Under the pieces are notes generated by a model. It was not told where the DNA came from and did no database searches. It was given only the letters and a program-made list of their open reading frames with translations. Positions 12,771 to 26,120 of a DNA stretch of 64,000 bases are shown here, one piece after another. Source of the DNA: Callorhinchus milii (Eukaryota); the NCBI RefSeq assembly GCF_018977255.1, contig NW_024704742.1:70062001-70126000 (forward strand), written 5' to 3'. Within the stretch, counting starts at the first letter, position 1. The number at the start of each line of letters is the position of its first letter. Position numbers and translations under genes: made by a program.

Positions 12771-13029
12771 AGAATGAGGTCTTGTGTGGAGTATAAACAA
12801 CAGGCATGGATTAATTGGGCCTGTTTCCGTGTTGTATCACTCTATATAACTCTGATTATTCATCACTAAATCCAAAACGTGTTGTAAATCCCTGCAGCTT
12901 TTATGACTGGGTTCATTTAGGTAATTTTCAGCTATCACGGTTTGTTGAAAATACTTTTAAAGCATAAAAAAATGCTTAGCATCTATGTGTATTCCCAGAA
13001 CAGCATTGCTATCAACTCTGGATTAAAAA

Positions 13030-13350
13030 TATAATAATAATAATAATCCTTGCATTTGATATAGCGCTTTTCACGTCTTCTAGACGTCTCAAAGCGCTTC
13101 ACAGAATATGCTGTAAAGTGAATTGATTGTATATTTGTGGGCGAAACGCAGCAGCCAATTGCGCACAGCAGAGTCCCACAAACAGTGTGGATTGAAAATG
13201 ACCAATTTATTATTGTTTTGTTTTTTGGAGGGATTATCATTAGGTGTGTGGAGTAAGGAAACTTGCCCAAGGTTTCGCTCTGCCTGGAATTGAACCCAGG
13301 TGTCTCGCTTGCAAGTCGAGTGCTCTGACCACTGAGCTACAGAACACCAC
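13030..13350 (-). mobile_element. tRNA-Ala-derived SINE, short young subfamily
   Basis: Same head, body and (ATT)n tail. Confidence 0.9.
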
Positions 13351-14933
13351 ATCAACAAAGAGGCAATGCTAGTATTCCTTCAGGAATCTCCACCAGAAAA
13401 TATAATGATACTAATAATAATCAGTGTGTTTAATGCAGCATTTGATCACATTGTTAAAATGTTTCAAAGTAATACACAGCATTTGCTGTAAATTGTAGTG
13501 ACTCTGTATATTCTAGGGAAACCAATTTGCAACATCCCAGCCACAAATTGACCTGTTTTATTTTGGGGAATTGTCGGCCAGGAAACCAGGAGAGAGAAAT
13601 TCCCTTGTCTTTTCAAATAGCCCAGTGGGATTTTCCACATCCACCTGAACTAGCCACAGCCAGAGCCTCAATTTAACGTATCATCCGAAGCATGGCACTT
13701 CCCACAATGTGGTGCTCCCACCAGCACTACGCTGGATGAGTATGAAGGGGAATACTATGTAATAATAGAGAGCTTGTGTTTCCACAGAGATATTAAGGTT
13801 GAGACTCACCTCACAATGCTCAATGCCATGTATAGTGACTGCTTTATTTGTGGGTCCTTATTTGTAAGTCTTGGCCTTTGGATGAGATGTTAAACCAAGG
13901 TCCCATCTGCCTGTTCAGGTGGATTTTAAAGATCCCATTGCACTATTCAAAAAGAGAAGGGAGTTTCTCCTAGTGTCCTAGCCTATAATAAAAATTAGTC
14001 ACTTGTTTCATGGCTGTTTGTGAGACTTTGCTGTAAGCAATTGTGCTGTCACATTTGCCTACAAATACACAGTCACTCCATTTCACAGTAAATCCTGTGA
14101 AATGCTTTGAGACGTCCATCCGACTTGTTAAGACGCTCTACCAAATGCAAGGGTCATAGGTGAATGCATGTATGCAGCCTTCAGTTTGCACATGTTGAAA
14201 TCCTAACAAGCAGTTACCATGCAGGATTATTCTTTAACATCAACCCTGAACAACAGACAAAGAGGACCTCAGATTTAAAACCTCACCCAAAGGGAAAGGT
14301 CTGACAACGATCTGCATCCCCCCACCACCCCAATTAGTGCTGTCTTGGATCGTCATCCTGGAAATAGGAAATTGTATCTCAAAGTAAGTGGATTCTACCC
14401 TGAGACTGAGCTGGGCTGACACAAGTTTCAAATCCTGATAGCTGTCAGCCTGTCTCAGTTAGTCTGTTCAGGTGCATGTTAAAAGATCCTGCAGTGATAC
14501 TTGAAAAGAGAAGAGAGTTTCTCTCTCCTGCTGTCTTGGTCAACAATTTTCCCAAATACATTTGATCATTCACTTCATGGCTGTTTGCGTGATGTTATTG
14601 TAAGCAAATTGGCTGCTGCGTTCGCCTACAAAACGCACAAGTCGTTGCAATTGCTTTAAAAAAAACCTGTAAAGTGCTTTGAGACGTTCTTCTGACATGA
14701 TATATCAATCAAATGTAAGGATTATTATTAGAATAATATTACTAGGCAGTGGATTGGCTGTGTTCATGGTTGCAAAGTAACCATCGCTTAGAGAAGCAAT
14801 TTAGCTTCTTCATGTTAAATGTTGCCTGTGATGTATTGATGAACACGGGTGGTAAAATTCTACCCTGCTGATAACTAAAGACATTGACCTCTTGAATGTG
14901 TGGCCCCCTCCATAAACACATGGGACACAAGGG

Positions 14934-15268
14934 ATGGAGTTCTGTAGCTAAGTCAAGCGAGAGGACCTTTGTTCGATTTCTGGGCAGGGCGAAATGTTAG
15001 GCAAGTTTGCTCACTCTACACACCTTTGTTTAACTAGCAGTAAGTAGGAACCCAGTTATTAGTTAATTGGTGGATTGCTTTTCCGGGGATAATAATCCCT
15101 TAAAAAAATTTGGTCACTCAATCCACGACCGTTTGTGGGACACTGCTGTGCATGATTGGCTGCCACATTTCGCCCACAAAATATATAGTCAATTCACTTT
15201 ACAGTGTATTCTGTGAAACGCTTTGGGACGTCTCAAAGATGGAATAAGGCGCTGTATCAAATGCATTT
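14934..15268 (+). mobile_element. tRNA-derived SINE, long older subfamily
   Basis: Matches 3532-3905. Confidence 0.82.
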
Positions 15269-15639
15269 GATATAGTACCTTATCACATTGTCAAGACATT
15301 TCAAAATGCTTCACAGGAGATGCTGTAAAGTGGATTAACTGTTTATTTTGTGGTTGAAACACAGCAGACAGTTTGCGCACAGCAGTGTCCCACAAAAAGC
15401 CACGGAGCGAGCGACCAATTTGTTTTGGGGAATTGTTGGCCAGGACACTTGGGGAGAGAAACTCCCTTCTCTTTTTGAATAGTTGCATGGGATCTTTAGT
15501 TTCCATGTGAACAGGCAGACGGGGATGAACCAGAAGCCCATTGTACTCGTTGAGTCATCAATGGGAGACACCAAACGCTGAGAAACCAGGTTACTCAACA
15601 AAAACAACCACAGCTAAGATGGTGTGTCCCTCCTGACAA

Positions 15640-16010
15640 TAATGACATTTGCATTTGGTACAGCAACTTTCACATTGGGACAACATCTCAAATGATTTGC
15701 TGTGAAGGGGAGCGACTGTATTTGCCGCAGCCCAGCTATGCACAGTAATGCACAGACAGCCATGAAGCAAAGACTAACTTTATCAGGGGGATTGTCGGCC
15801 AGGACACTGGGAGAGAGCAACTCCCTTCTCTTTTCCAAAAAGTGCCGCGGGATCTTCAACATCCACCCGAACAGGCAAAGACAGTGCCTCGGTTTAACAA
15901 CTCACCTGAAGGACGGCATCTCCTACAATGCAGCGTTCCCCAAGCTCCACATTAGAATGTCAGCTTTGACTACGCAAGTTCCAAGTCCTGCCGTGGGTGT
16001 GTTGGATCCA
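15640..16010 (-). mobile_element. Deu-domain SINE
   Basis: Core ggccaggacactgggagagagcaactccc..gatcttcaacatccacc. Confidence 0.75.
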
Positions 16011-16244
16011 TGTGGCACCTTTTACATTCTGTTACATCGTTGATTTAAGAAGTGTTTCTTGGGGAATTTCAGGACAAATAGTTCCTGTGCGTGTTAAGAA
16101 GTGAGAATAAATGCATTGTAGCAAGCTGGAGTACGATAAAGTAATCAAGTGGGCTCTGAATTCTAAGCACCAAGTGAAAAGGCTTTTAAATCGAATTAAT
16201 CAATCCGCTGCATAAATAAAGCTAATTGGGAATGTTTTCAACAC

Positions 16245-16934
16245 ACCCCTCTATTCCCTTCTCCTCACATGTGCATCAAGTTTCCTCTTAAATACGTTGA
16301 CACTTTCTGCTTCAACCACAACTATGGTCAGTGAGGTCCACATCCTCACCAGCTTCTGTGTGAAGAAGTCTTCCTAAACTCCCTATGAGATGAGATTATA
16401 TTTACAGCCTCTAGTTGTAGACTCACCAAAAAGTGCAAACAGCCCATCAACGTCCACCTTATCAAATCCTTTCATAACCTTAAAGCCCTCGATCAGGTCC
16501 CCTATCAATCCTCTCAACTCCAGAGAGAAAAGCTCTGACTTGTCCACTCTCTCCTGATAGCTGTGTCCTCTCCTCCCTGCGAACATCCCTGTAAATCTAC
16601 ACTGTCCTCTCTGTATCTAACGCTACAATATCCTTCCAAATAAATCCCTGTTACAGCTATTAATTACCATTTGGGTAAAGACAAACTTCCCGGTGTCTGT
16701 CCTAAATTGCACTTTGTAACCTGAAACCTGTGCCCTCTTCCTTGGAACGTTCTCCCCACATGAAATGCGCTATACAAATGTAATTTGTTCTTGTTGCTAT
16801 CTTATTATTAATATTAATCGTCGCATAAGATGCAGTGCCTTATAATTTCTCAAAGCACTTCAAAGGAATTTAGGGTAAAAATTCCCATGTAGTGACTATA
16901 TATCCTTTTGTGGGTGAATTCAACAATCAGTTTG
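16245..16934 (-). repeat. Inverted copy of 11888-12545
   Basis: For example, ccttccaaataaatccctgttacagctattaattaccatttgggtaaagacaaacttcccggtgtctgtcc matches exactly. Confidence 0.9.
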
Positions 16935-17289
16935 CAACAAACAACAATCTCCTCTCCGGGAACATCCCTGTAACACTATCTTCTCTCTCTCTCTCCAAGG
17001 ATACAGCTGTTAATTGCCATCTGTGGTGTCTGTCCTGCATTGCCTTCTGTAACCTGAAACCTGTGCCCTCTTGTCTGAACATCTTTGTAAATAATAATAT
17101 AATAATTCTCCTTGCATTTGATATAGTACCTTATCATGTAGTCAAGACACCTCAAAGCGCTTAACAGAATTGTCCAGCGTTTGGTGGGGTCATGTCCCAC
17201 TAACATGTGCCATCCAGCACATCATTATATAAGGTAGGTGACATCCTTGCCTCACCCTCAACAGCAAAAGCAGCAACTTGCATTTAAAT

Positions 17290-17645
17290 AGTAATAATAA
17301 TAATAATCCTTGCCTTTGACATAACATCTTATCACATCATTGAGACGTCTCAAAGCGCTTCACAGAATATACTATAAAGTGAATTGATGTATATTTTGTA
17401 TCAGTCAATTGTGCACAACAGTGTCCCACAAATTGTCATGGATTGAGTGACCCAATTTTTTTTAAGAGGGTTATCATCCCTGGAAAGCAATCCGCCAATC
17501 GACTGACAGCCAGGTTCCTATATACTCCGAGGTAAAATGAGGCATCTGGAGTAAGGAAACTAAGGTTTCGCCTTGCCCGGGAATCGAACCCTGGTCCTTT
17601 CGCTTGCAAGGCAAGCGCTCTACCAATATGCTACAGGAATCCACA
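17290..17645 (-). mobile_element. tRNA-derived SINE, long older subfamily
   Basis: Reverse-complement match. Confidence 0.82.
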
Positions 17646-18789
17646 ATACTCCACCTCAATGCGATGTGGGCAGAAGTGAGAGAAGAATGTTTCTCCCAGT
17701 GGGAGGGGAAGAGAGAAGGAGGGAGGGAAACGGGGAAGATATCCACAGACACAGTAACGATGCCACCGTGGGAATGAAAGAGAATCTAGCGGACAGTTCG
17801 GATCTTTCCCTGCGTGCTATTAGCTCACCATTAGCTTACATCTCACCAAGCTAATGTCTACGGGCCATTAACTTAGTGAGATGTGAGCTAATGGGAAGCG
17901 ATACAGAACATGGGATGTCTGAGGCCGGATTAGTGAGCCGCTGTGATTGTCCATGGAGCATGGCATTTACACGGTAGAATTGTTTCTTAGGAACTTCCCG
18001 CTACACGGGGGATAATGGCAAACACTGACTGTTTTCAGTCACGTCCTATTACATCCCGCCTGACCGCACCTCTGTGAATAATCCCTTTACCAGAGCAGAC
18101 CTATATATAGCAGAGAACAAAGGGCCCACAGCTTTGCATCAACCTAGAATTAGCTCTGCACTGAAGGTTCCTTTCTTAGTTGTGAGTAGGCAGCAAATCC
18201 TCATGTCTAATAATAATAATCCTTGCATTTTATAGAGTGCCTAATCACATTGTTGAGATGCCTCAAAATGCTTCACAGGAATACTGTAAGGTGGATTGAC
18301 TGTATATTTTATGGGCAAAACGCGGACCCAATTGCACACAGCAGTGTCCCACAAACAGTCATTGATTGAAGGACCAAATTATTAGCCCCAGGAAAGCGAT
18401 CCACTAATCAACTAACAACCGGGTTCCTAGGAAACTTGATACATACATGAAGGAGAAGGGAATGGAGGGGTGTAGAAGAGGAAAATAGGTGGAGTGGAGG
18501 AGAGGGGACTAGGAAGGGAGGAGGCTTGTGTGAAAGCATAAATATCGGCATTAACCTATTGGGCTGAATGACGTGTTTCTGTGCTGTGTCACTCTGTGTA
18601 AGATTGGACCCACACATAGTGTGACACACACGTAGTGTGACTCCTATCTATCTGAAGGTTATGCATTCTTAACAGGTCCCTTTTCCCTTTTAAAACCTAC
18701 TCAGGCAATGAAATGCTAGCTTTTCAGGCTCAGTTTTGCAATTATTCTCTGCTTTCTGCACAAGTCAGTACCAATCTTTGTATGAGGGG

Positions 18790-20302
18790 GGAGATCTCCA
18801 ACCGGCCCATCTCCAACCTCCCCTTCCTGTCCAAGGTTTTCGAAAGAGTCGTCGCCTCCCAGCTGCGCTCTTTGCTCTCCACCCACTCACTTTTTGAACC
18901 TCTCCAACAACAACAAGATTCCATTTATAGAGTGCCTTTCATGTCAGTCGGGTTTCCGTGCTGCCCATAGCACAGAAACTAATGACATCTTGACCATCTG
19001 CAACCAGGGCTCCCTCTGCCTCCTCGTCCTCCTCGACCTATCGGCCGCATTCGATATGGTCGACCACTCTATCCTCCTCTACTGCTTGTCCTCCCACCTC
19101 AACCTTCAAGGCTCTATCCTTGAGTGGTTTAGGTCCTACCTCTCCCACCGTCTTCATTTTGTCTCTGCAAACAGCTTTTCCTCCAGCCCCCGCACTGTCT
19201 TGTGTGGTTTCCCTCAGGGCTCTGTCCTCGGTCCCCTCCTCTTCACCCTCTATATGCTCCCCCTTGGTGACATCATCCGCAGACATGGGGTTAACTTCCA
19301 CATGTATGCGGATGACACCCAACTCTACCTTTCCTCTTCTACCCTCAACTCTACGACCACCGATGTCCTGACAGCCGCCTGTCCGACATCGAGTCCTGGA
19401 CGAGAGACAACTTTGTTCAGCTCAACGTGCGTAAAACCGAGGCCCTCCTGATTGGCTCACGTCAGCGCCTCTGCACCTCAGGCGCTGACAGCATCAGCAT
19501 CCAAGGCTGCACTCTCCACCTCTCAAAGCCATCAGGACCCTCGGCGTTCTGTTCGATCCTGAGTTGTCCTTTCTTCCCCACATCCGCGCCACAGCTGGCA
19601 CCGCCTTCCACCACCTCCACAACATCGCCAGACTATGGCACTACCTCACCCCTCACGCTGCTGAAACTCTGGTCCACGCCTTTATCACCTCAAGGCTGGA
19701 CTATGGGAACTCTCTCCTCGCCGGCCTTCCCGCCACCTCCCTCCACAAGCTGCAGGTCATTCAGAACTCTGCAGCTCGTGTACTGTCCCGCACCAGGCTT
19801 CATGACCACATCACTCCCACCCTCGCTCACCTCCACTGGCTCCCCATCCCCCAGAGGATCGAATTCAAGATCCTCATCCTCACCTACAAGGCCATTCACG
19901 GCCTTGCACCCTCCTACCTCTCCGACCTACTATCCCCCTACTTACCTGCCCGTACCCTCCGTTCCTCTGGGTCCGGTCTGCTCCACATCCCCCGCCCTAA
20001 TCGCCCTACCATCGGTGGCCGGGCTTTCAGCCTCTCAGCCCCTAGGCTCTGGAACTTTATCCCCCAGTGCCTTCGCCGCCTCCTCCCTTTCCTCCTTCAA
20101 GGCCGGTTTCAAGACCTTTCTCTTCAACCGTGCCTTCAGCTCCCCTCTCGACTCTACCCCCTCCTCGCTCCCTCCCTTCCCTCCCCTCACCCTGACCATT
20201 TCCCCCCTGCTCGGGTCCTGACCCAACTGTCCAGTGCCTTGGGACGTCCTCCCAACGTGAAAGGCGCTCTATAAATGCAATCATGTTGTTGTTGTTGTTG
20301 TT
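18790..20302 (+). mobile_element. 5'-truncated L2-clade LINE (RT, C-terminal region, 3' tail)
   Basis: RPISNLPFLSK, LLDLSAAFD, GFPQGSVLGP, YADDTQLY, SRLDYGNSLL and LHWLPIPQRI across frameshifts; stem-loop tail and (TTG)n. Confidence 0.95.
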
Positions 20303-20799
20303 GAGATAGTGATTGTGGGACTAATAGCATGTCATGGGATTCGCACTGCCTCCTTCTCTGGAGCACTGATACCATTTTGGATAAAGGATAGGATCAGCAA
20401 GGATGGGGTTATTGAGCATTTTGATCATTGCTGGGACAGGTATCAGAGAGAGTAATATTGACGGCATCACCAGCAAGGTGTCAGCTTGGCTCTGTCAGTG
20501 TCACTCTCGCCTCTGAGTCAGAAGGTTGTGGGTTCAAAGCCCTCACATACGGATTTTGAGGTTACGATGTCTAGGCTGTTGCTCCAGTGCAGTGCTGGGG
20601 AGAGGTACATTGCCAGAGGTGCCTTCTATGGCTGTCAAAGGCAGTCTATGCCTATCTATGCTGTACAGGCATAGACGGAACCTCAGTTTAACGCCTCATC
20701 CGAAGCCCAGCGTCATCTTGGATGAACCCACAACCTTCTGACTCAGAGGCGAGAATGCTACCACTAAGCGGTTACACACAGGACAGGTATAAAATAGAA

Positions 20800-21415
20800 A
20801 TAATAATGATCCTTGCATTTGATATAGTGCCTTATCACGTCTCTCAAAGCGCTTCACAGAATATATTGTGAAGAGAATTGACTATATATTTTGTGGGCAA
20901 AACGCAACAACCAATTGTGCACAACAGTGTCCCACTAACAGTTGTGGATTGGGTGACCAAATTATTATTATTGTTATTATTCTTGAAGGGATTATTATCC
21001 ACGGAAAAGTAATCAGTCAATTGAGTAACAACTAGGTTCCAACTTACTGCTAGGAAAACGGAGGTATGTGCAGTAAGGAAACTTGCCCAACATTTTGCCC
21101 TTCCCAGGAATTGAACCTGGGAAGAATATATATTCTGTAAAGTGAATTAATTGAGTGTTTTCTGGGTGAAACGCAGCAGCCAATTGCGCAAATTAGTGTT
21201 CCACGAACAGTCGTGGATCGAGTGACTAAATTAGTTTTGAAGGAATTATTACCTCTGGGAAGCGATCAGCCAATCGACTAACAACCAGGTTCCGACTTAC
21301 TGCTAAGTAAACAGAGACGTGGGGAGTAAGGAATCTTGCCTAAGGTTTCATCCTGCCCGGGAATCGAACCCAATTGCGAGGCAAATGCTCTAATCAATAC
21401 GCCACAGGAATCCAC
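20800..21415 (-). mobile_element. Two tandem partial tRNA-derived SINEs, long subfamily
   Basis: Two successive reverse-complement matches, junction near 21125. Confidence 0.8.
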
Positions 21416-21842
21416 AAGAAAATAGGTCAATGGGAGCTTTGGTCAGTACTGGGAAGTGGGTACCAGAGGGATAAATTTGCATTTGCCTCTGCTCTGCCCC
21501 CCAACACCCCCTTTCCCCGAATCCCCCTCTCAACCCCCACCATCACCCCACCACCACCCTGAGTCATTTCCATTTAATATCTTCTGGCTGATTTCCTCCA
21601 CCAGTTGGAGACTAAAGTGCCTCACACTGCAGTGATGTTTGACATTATTAGCCTCCGAGGTACTTTGTCCTGGACAGAACCTTCCCTGTTAATTGAGCCC
21701 ATCGTACTTTTGTCTACATTGCAGTGAGTAGCACTTGCGATTAGGGCATGGAGGAACATTTAACTAACATTGTCAGGTTTTTTGAAGCGTCTAGAAAAGA
21801 TTTAATTATATGTTTTTTTCAAGTTGTGCGCTTTGCTCCCTG

Positions 21843-21886
<44 letters not shown>

Positions 21887-22087
21887 GAGCTTGTTTTTAA
21901 TAATGATCCTTGCATTTAGTTTCATTTCTTCGCAGGGAATTACTGTCAAGCGTAGTGACTGTGTGGCTGCAGATAAACGCAGTAGACAATCGGCACAAAG
22001 CCAATCCCAGCAAAAGCCTACAAACAAACAACCACAGCAACTTGCATTTGTACAGCGCCCTTCATGCGGGGTAATGTCTCAGAGCAC

Positions 22088-22350
22088 TTAACAGTGGCTA
22101 AATGGGAGAGAGGGGGAGGTGACCATCGAAGAGAACTTCAAGTGTGATCTGAAGATGGGCAAGGAGGGGGCAAGGCAGAGGTATTGAGGTAGAGAGTTCC
22201 AGAGTCTCAGGGCATAGTAGTTGAAAGCATGCCCGGCAATGGTGGAGAGGAGGGGATGAGGAATGTGCAGGAGGCTGGAGCGGGTTGGGTTGAGCGAAGG
22301 AGCAAGGGTAGAGGAGTGCGGTGTGATCAGGTCAGAGAGGTAGGGAGGTG
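22088..22350 (-). mobile_element. L2 LINE 3' fragment
   Basis: APPYLSDLI and LWNSLPQYL on the minus strand. Confidence 0.75.
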
Positions 22351-22429
22351 CCCACAAAACACACAAAAAAAAGGATAGATGACAGCCTTGCTTCACCCTC
22401 AACAACAAAAGCATCAACTTGCATTTAAA

Positions 22430-22795
22430 TAATAATAATAATCCTTGCATTTGATATGGCACCTTATCATGTCATTGAGACGTCTCAAAGCGCTTAACAG
22501 GATATATTGTAATGTGAATTGACTGTATATTTTATGGTCGAAACGCAGCAGCCAATTGCGCACAACAGTGTCCCTCACAGTCGTTGATTTAGTGACCGAA
22601 TTATTATTATTTTTTGAAGGGATTATTATCCCCAGAAAGTGATCCACCGATCGACTAACAACTGGGTTCCTATTTACTGCTAGGTAACCAGAGACGTGTG
22701 ACGAAAGGAAATTTGCTTTAGGTTTCGCCCTGCCTGGGAATCAAACCCGGGTCCTCTCACTGGCGAGGCGAGTGCTCTAACCACTACACTACTGA
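22430..22795 (-). mobile_element. tRNA-derived SINE, long older subfamily
   Basis: Reverse-complement match. Confidence 0.85.
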
Positions 22796-22994
22796 ACACC
22801 ATTAGGAAGTCACCAATTAGGAAAATGCACAGGAACATGTGAGAATCTGTAAGCTGCATTGAAACGTCAGGTTATGTAATGCTCACTGTGCGGCCGGGTC
22901 TGTTTTGACATCTGCCATTCCTCCTTCCTTGTTACCAGAGGCTCTGATACAAATGGACACCTCCTTGTCCCTTACCATAAACTGCAGAGAAATA

Positions 22995-23395
22995 ACAATA
23001 ATAATCCTCGAATTTGAGACAGTGCCTCATCACTTCCTCAAGACATCTCAAAGCACTTCACGGGATTTACTGTAAAGTATAGCAACGCACAGCAACGTCC
23101 CACAAACAGTCCCGTGAAGTGAGTGACCAATTTTATCTGGGGAATTGTTGGCCAAGACACCAGGAGAGTGGAATTCCCTTTTTTTTGAGTTCTGTCACGG
23201 GATCTTTAACATCCACCTGAACTGGTAGAGACGAGACCTTGGTTTAACATCTCATCTGAAGGATTGCACTGCCCCCTCAGCACTGCACTGGAGCGTCTGC
23301 AAAGACAAGAGGAGTTCCAAATTACGACACGGTGCTTGAACCCACAGCCTTCTGAATCAGAGGTGAGCGTCCGACCGACTGAGCCAGGCTGACAC
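22995..23395 (-). mobile_element. Deu-domain SINE, full length
   Basis: Reverse-complement match with head gtgtcagcctggctcagtcgg. Confidence 0.82.
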
Positions 23396-24574
23396 ACCAA
23401 TTTTTAGGGCCAGGGTGGTCTCACAGGCTAAGGCTAGGTAGAATTTCAGGGTACTGACATCTTTGTCTTTGATTTGACATCTAACCACCCACATGGTGCA
23501 GTCGTTCATTGACAGGTGGGAAGCTGTTATTATGCATCAATTTGCCACACTGCGGGAGGCTGGTGAAGAGGAGTGGGTCTGACAGGCAGAGGAGGGGAAG
23601 CTTACAGCAGCTGCAGAGCAAGGGCTATTGAAATACTCTCTGGGTTGGGAATATAACAGTGCATTTGGCCCTGTTTTCTCTCTGTGAATATGAAAATTCG
23701 TGTCAACCAGGCTCAGTCGGTAGCGTTCTCATCTCTGAGTCAGTGGATTGTCATTTTAAGCCCCCACATCGGGGACTTTGAGTACACAGTCTAGGCTGAT
23801 GCTCATCTGCAGTGTTAGTAGCAGTGCTGTAATCTCAGAGGTGCTGTCCTTCAGGAAAAGACGTTAAACTGAGATCCCGTCTGCGCCTGTTCAAGTGGAC
23901 CTTAAAGACCCCGCGGCGCTAGTCGAAACCTGTCACTACACTTTACAATAAACACTGTGAACTGCTTTGAGATGTGCGGCCTTCACGAAAGGCATGTCAA
24001 ATGCAGTTATTATCATTATTTTATTGGCGAGTTTGTGCTCCTCTTTGAAGGAGTAATCCAATCAGACCTATCTATCTGCCATAGAGAGCTCCAGTGGGGG
24101 AACGAGCACCAGCACAGACACAATGGGGAAACAGCGAGGGAATGGGATTAGAGTAGCGAACTCCACGGAGACAATGGGGGCAGAACAGGGAATGTGATTA
24201 GAGAAGAAAGTTCCAGTGGGGGGAGCGATACCACCACAGACACGATGGGGAAAGAGCAGGGGTATATTTGATGATTCTATTAAATTTCCGTTTACGATGA
24301 ACTCTGATGTATGTTTGAGATCCAGCAGATGAAGATATTTAATATTAGCCGTGCTCCTAATCATTGCTGTGGATTGAAGGACCCTATTTCCATTGCCAAG
24401 GATATATGAAATTCAATATTTGCCCAGAACATTTGGGCTTTTCACAAGATGTTCCCCTGAAACAAAGAGCTCAGTCACTCCAAGGCAGCAAAGATTTTAC
24501 TCTCGAGTCAACTTGAGGAATCCTGCACCTGGGTGACAAAATGGCTTTGATGTTGGGAACAGGAAGAGTGTGCA

Positions 24575-24990
24575 ATGGAGAATTCAGCCTGGCTCATTTA
24601 CTCGTGTTCTTCTGAGCCAGGCGGCTTTGCAGTATTCCAGGGCAATGCTGATGACAGCACAGTTCATTGGTTGGCTCATTGGAGAAGGGCAGACCAGTTA
24701 CTGGGGGCAGAAACTCTTCCCACTCAACTGTTAACCCAAAAACCAAAGCCCTTAATGGGAAGGATAGTCCTAACTGGACAAGCAGCAGGAAAGCTTGCCA
24801 GACAGCCATATCAATGGCAAGCTATGTTGTTTTAGTTGGTTAAACTCCAGCAGTTACCCCAACACACACTCTGGGGTCCCCCAAGCCTTAACTCTTGCCA
24901 ACCTACACCTTATCTCTCTAGAATTAGGTAAGCAGGATGCTTCCCTCAGGGAGAGACTGCACATTTCATTCCAGACACGGGAGTTTCCAT
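24575..24990 (+). mobile_element. LF-SINE-like repeat, partial
   Basis: Matches 46570-47015. Confidence 0.7.
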
Positions 24991-25042
24991 TTGTAATAAT
25001 AATAATAATCGTTGCATTTGATATAGCGCTTTACGAAGTCAT

Positions 25043-25372
25043 TAACAATAATAATAATAATAATCCTTGCATTTGATATAGCGCTTTTCACGTCGGGAGG
25101 ACGTCCCAAAGCGCTTCACAGAACACACTGTAAAGTGAATTGACTGTATATTTGTGGGCGAACGCGGCAGCCAATTGCGCACAGCAATGTCCCACAAACA
25201 GTCGTAGATTGAAAATGACCAATTTGTTATTGTTTTTTGTTTTGGAGGGATTATTATTAGGCGCGTGGAGTAAGGAAACTTGCCCAAGGTTTCGCCCTGA
25301 TCTGCCTGGAACTGAACCCAGGTCTCTCGCTCGCAAATCGAGTGCTCTAACCACTGAGCTACAGGACTCCAG
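25043..25372 (-). mobile_element. tRNA-Ala-derived SINE, short young subfamily
   Basis: Same family; retains CpGs. Confidence 0.92.
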
Positions 25373-25899
25373 AAGCAATATAATAATAGTGTAATATAAT
25401 AATGTTGTTGAGATGAGTAGGTAGCATTCATGGAACCTCTTAGGTATGGTGATGGGTTTCTGCGTGTGTCAGACACCAGGCAGACCCAAAAATCAAACTT
25501 GTGACTCCCTCTCTGGGTTTGAAGGTTTATGGGCTCAAGTCTCACATTAGGAGCTGATCTCCCACTGAAGGCTGCATTGTCAGAAGTGCTGACTTTCAGA
25601 CAAGATCCCGTCTGTACATGTTCAGGTGGACATTAAAGATCCTGTGACACAATCAAAAAATGAAGGGTGTTTCTCACGGTGTCTTGGCCAATGATCCCTC
25701 CCCCTCCGACCTCCCCCCCAGATGAATTGATCATTCGCTCAGGCTGGATATGTGCAAATTGGCCGGTGTTTCACACTTGCCTGCAAATACAAAGTCTCTT
25801 CACTCAACAGTAAATCCAGTAAATGAAGCACTTTGAGACGCCTCAAAGTCGTGGTAAGACATGGCATCAAATGCAAGTGTTTTAAAATCTTATTGTATA

Positions 25900-26120
25900 T
25901 TGGGTAGTCCAACTGGTGGCCCACAGGCCACATCCAGCCCGGGGGATGATTTCATCCACGAACCATTCCCAACTCATTGTTCAACAAGCAAATACAGATG
26001 ACATGGTCACCAGGTGCTCAGGCTCAGTCCAACAACAGGATAATCAGGATAAAATATTGCTTCCATGACCTCCAGACATTTCTCAAATACGACTACCAGC
26101 CCTCAGATTAGACCACCCTG
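25900..26120. mobile_element. Degenerate hAT-type non-autonomous DNA transposon (MITE)
   Basis: Ends gggtagtccaac and ttagaccaccctg are imperfect TIRs; subterminal ggcccacaggccacatccagccc is typical of hAT MITEs. Confidence 0.55.
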
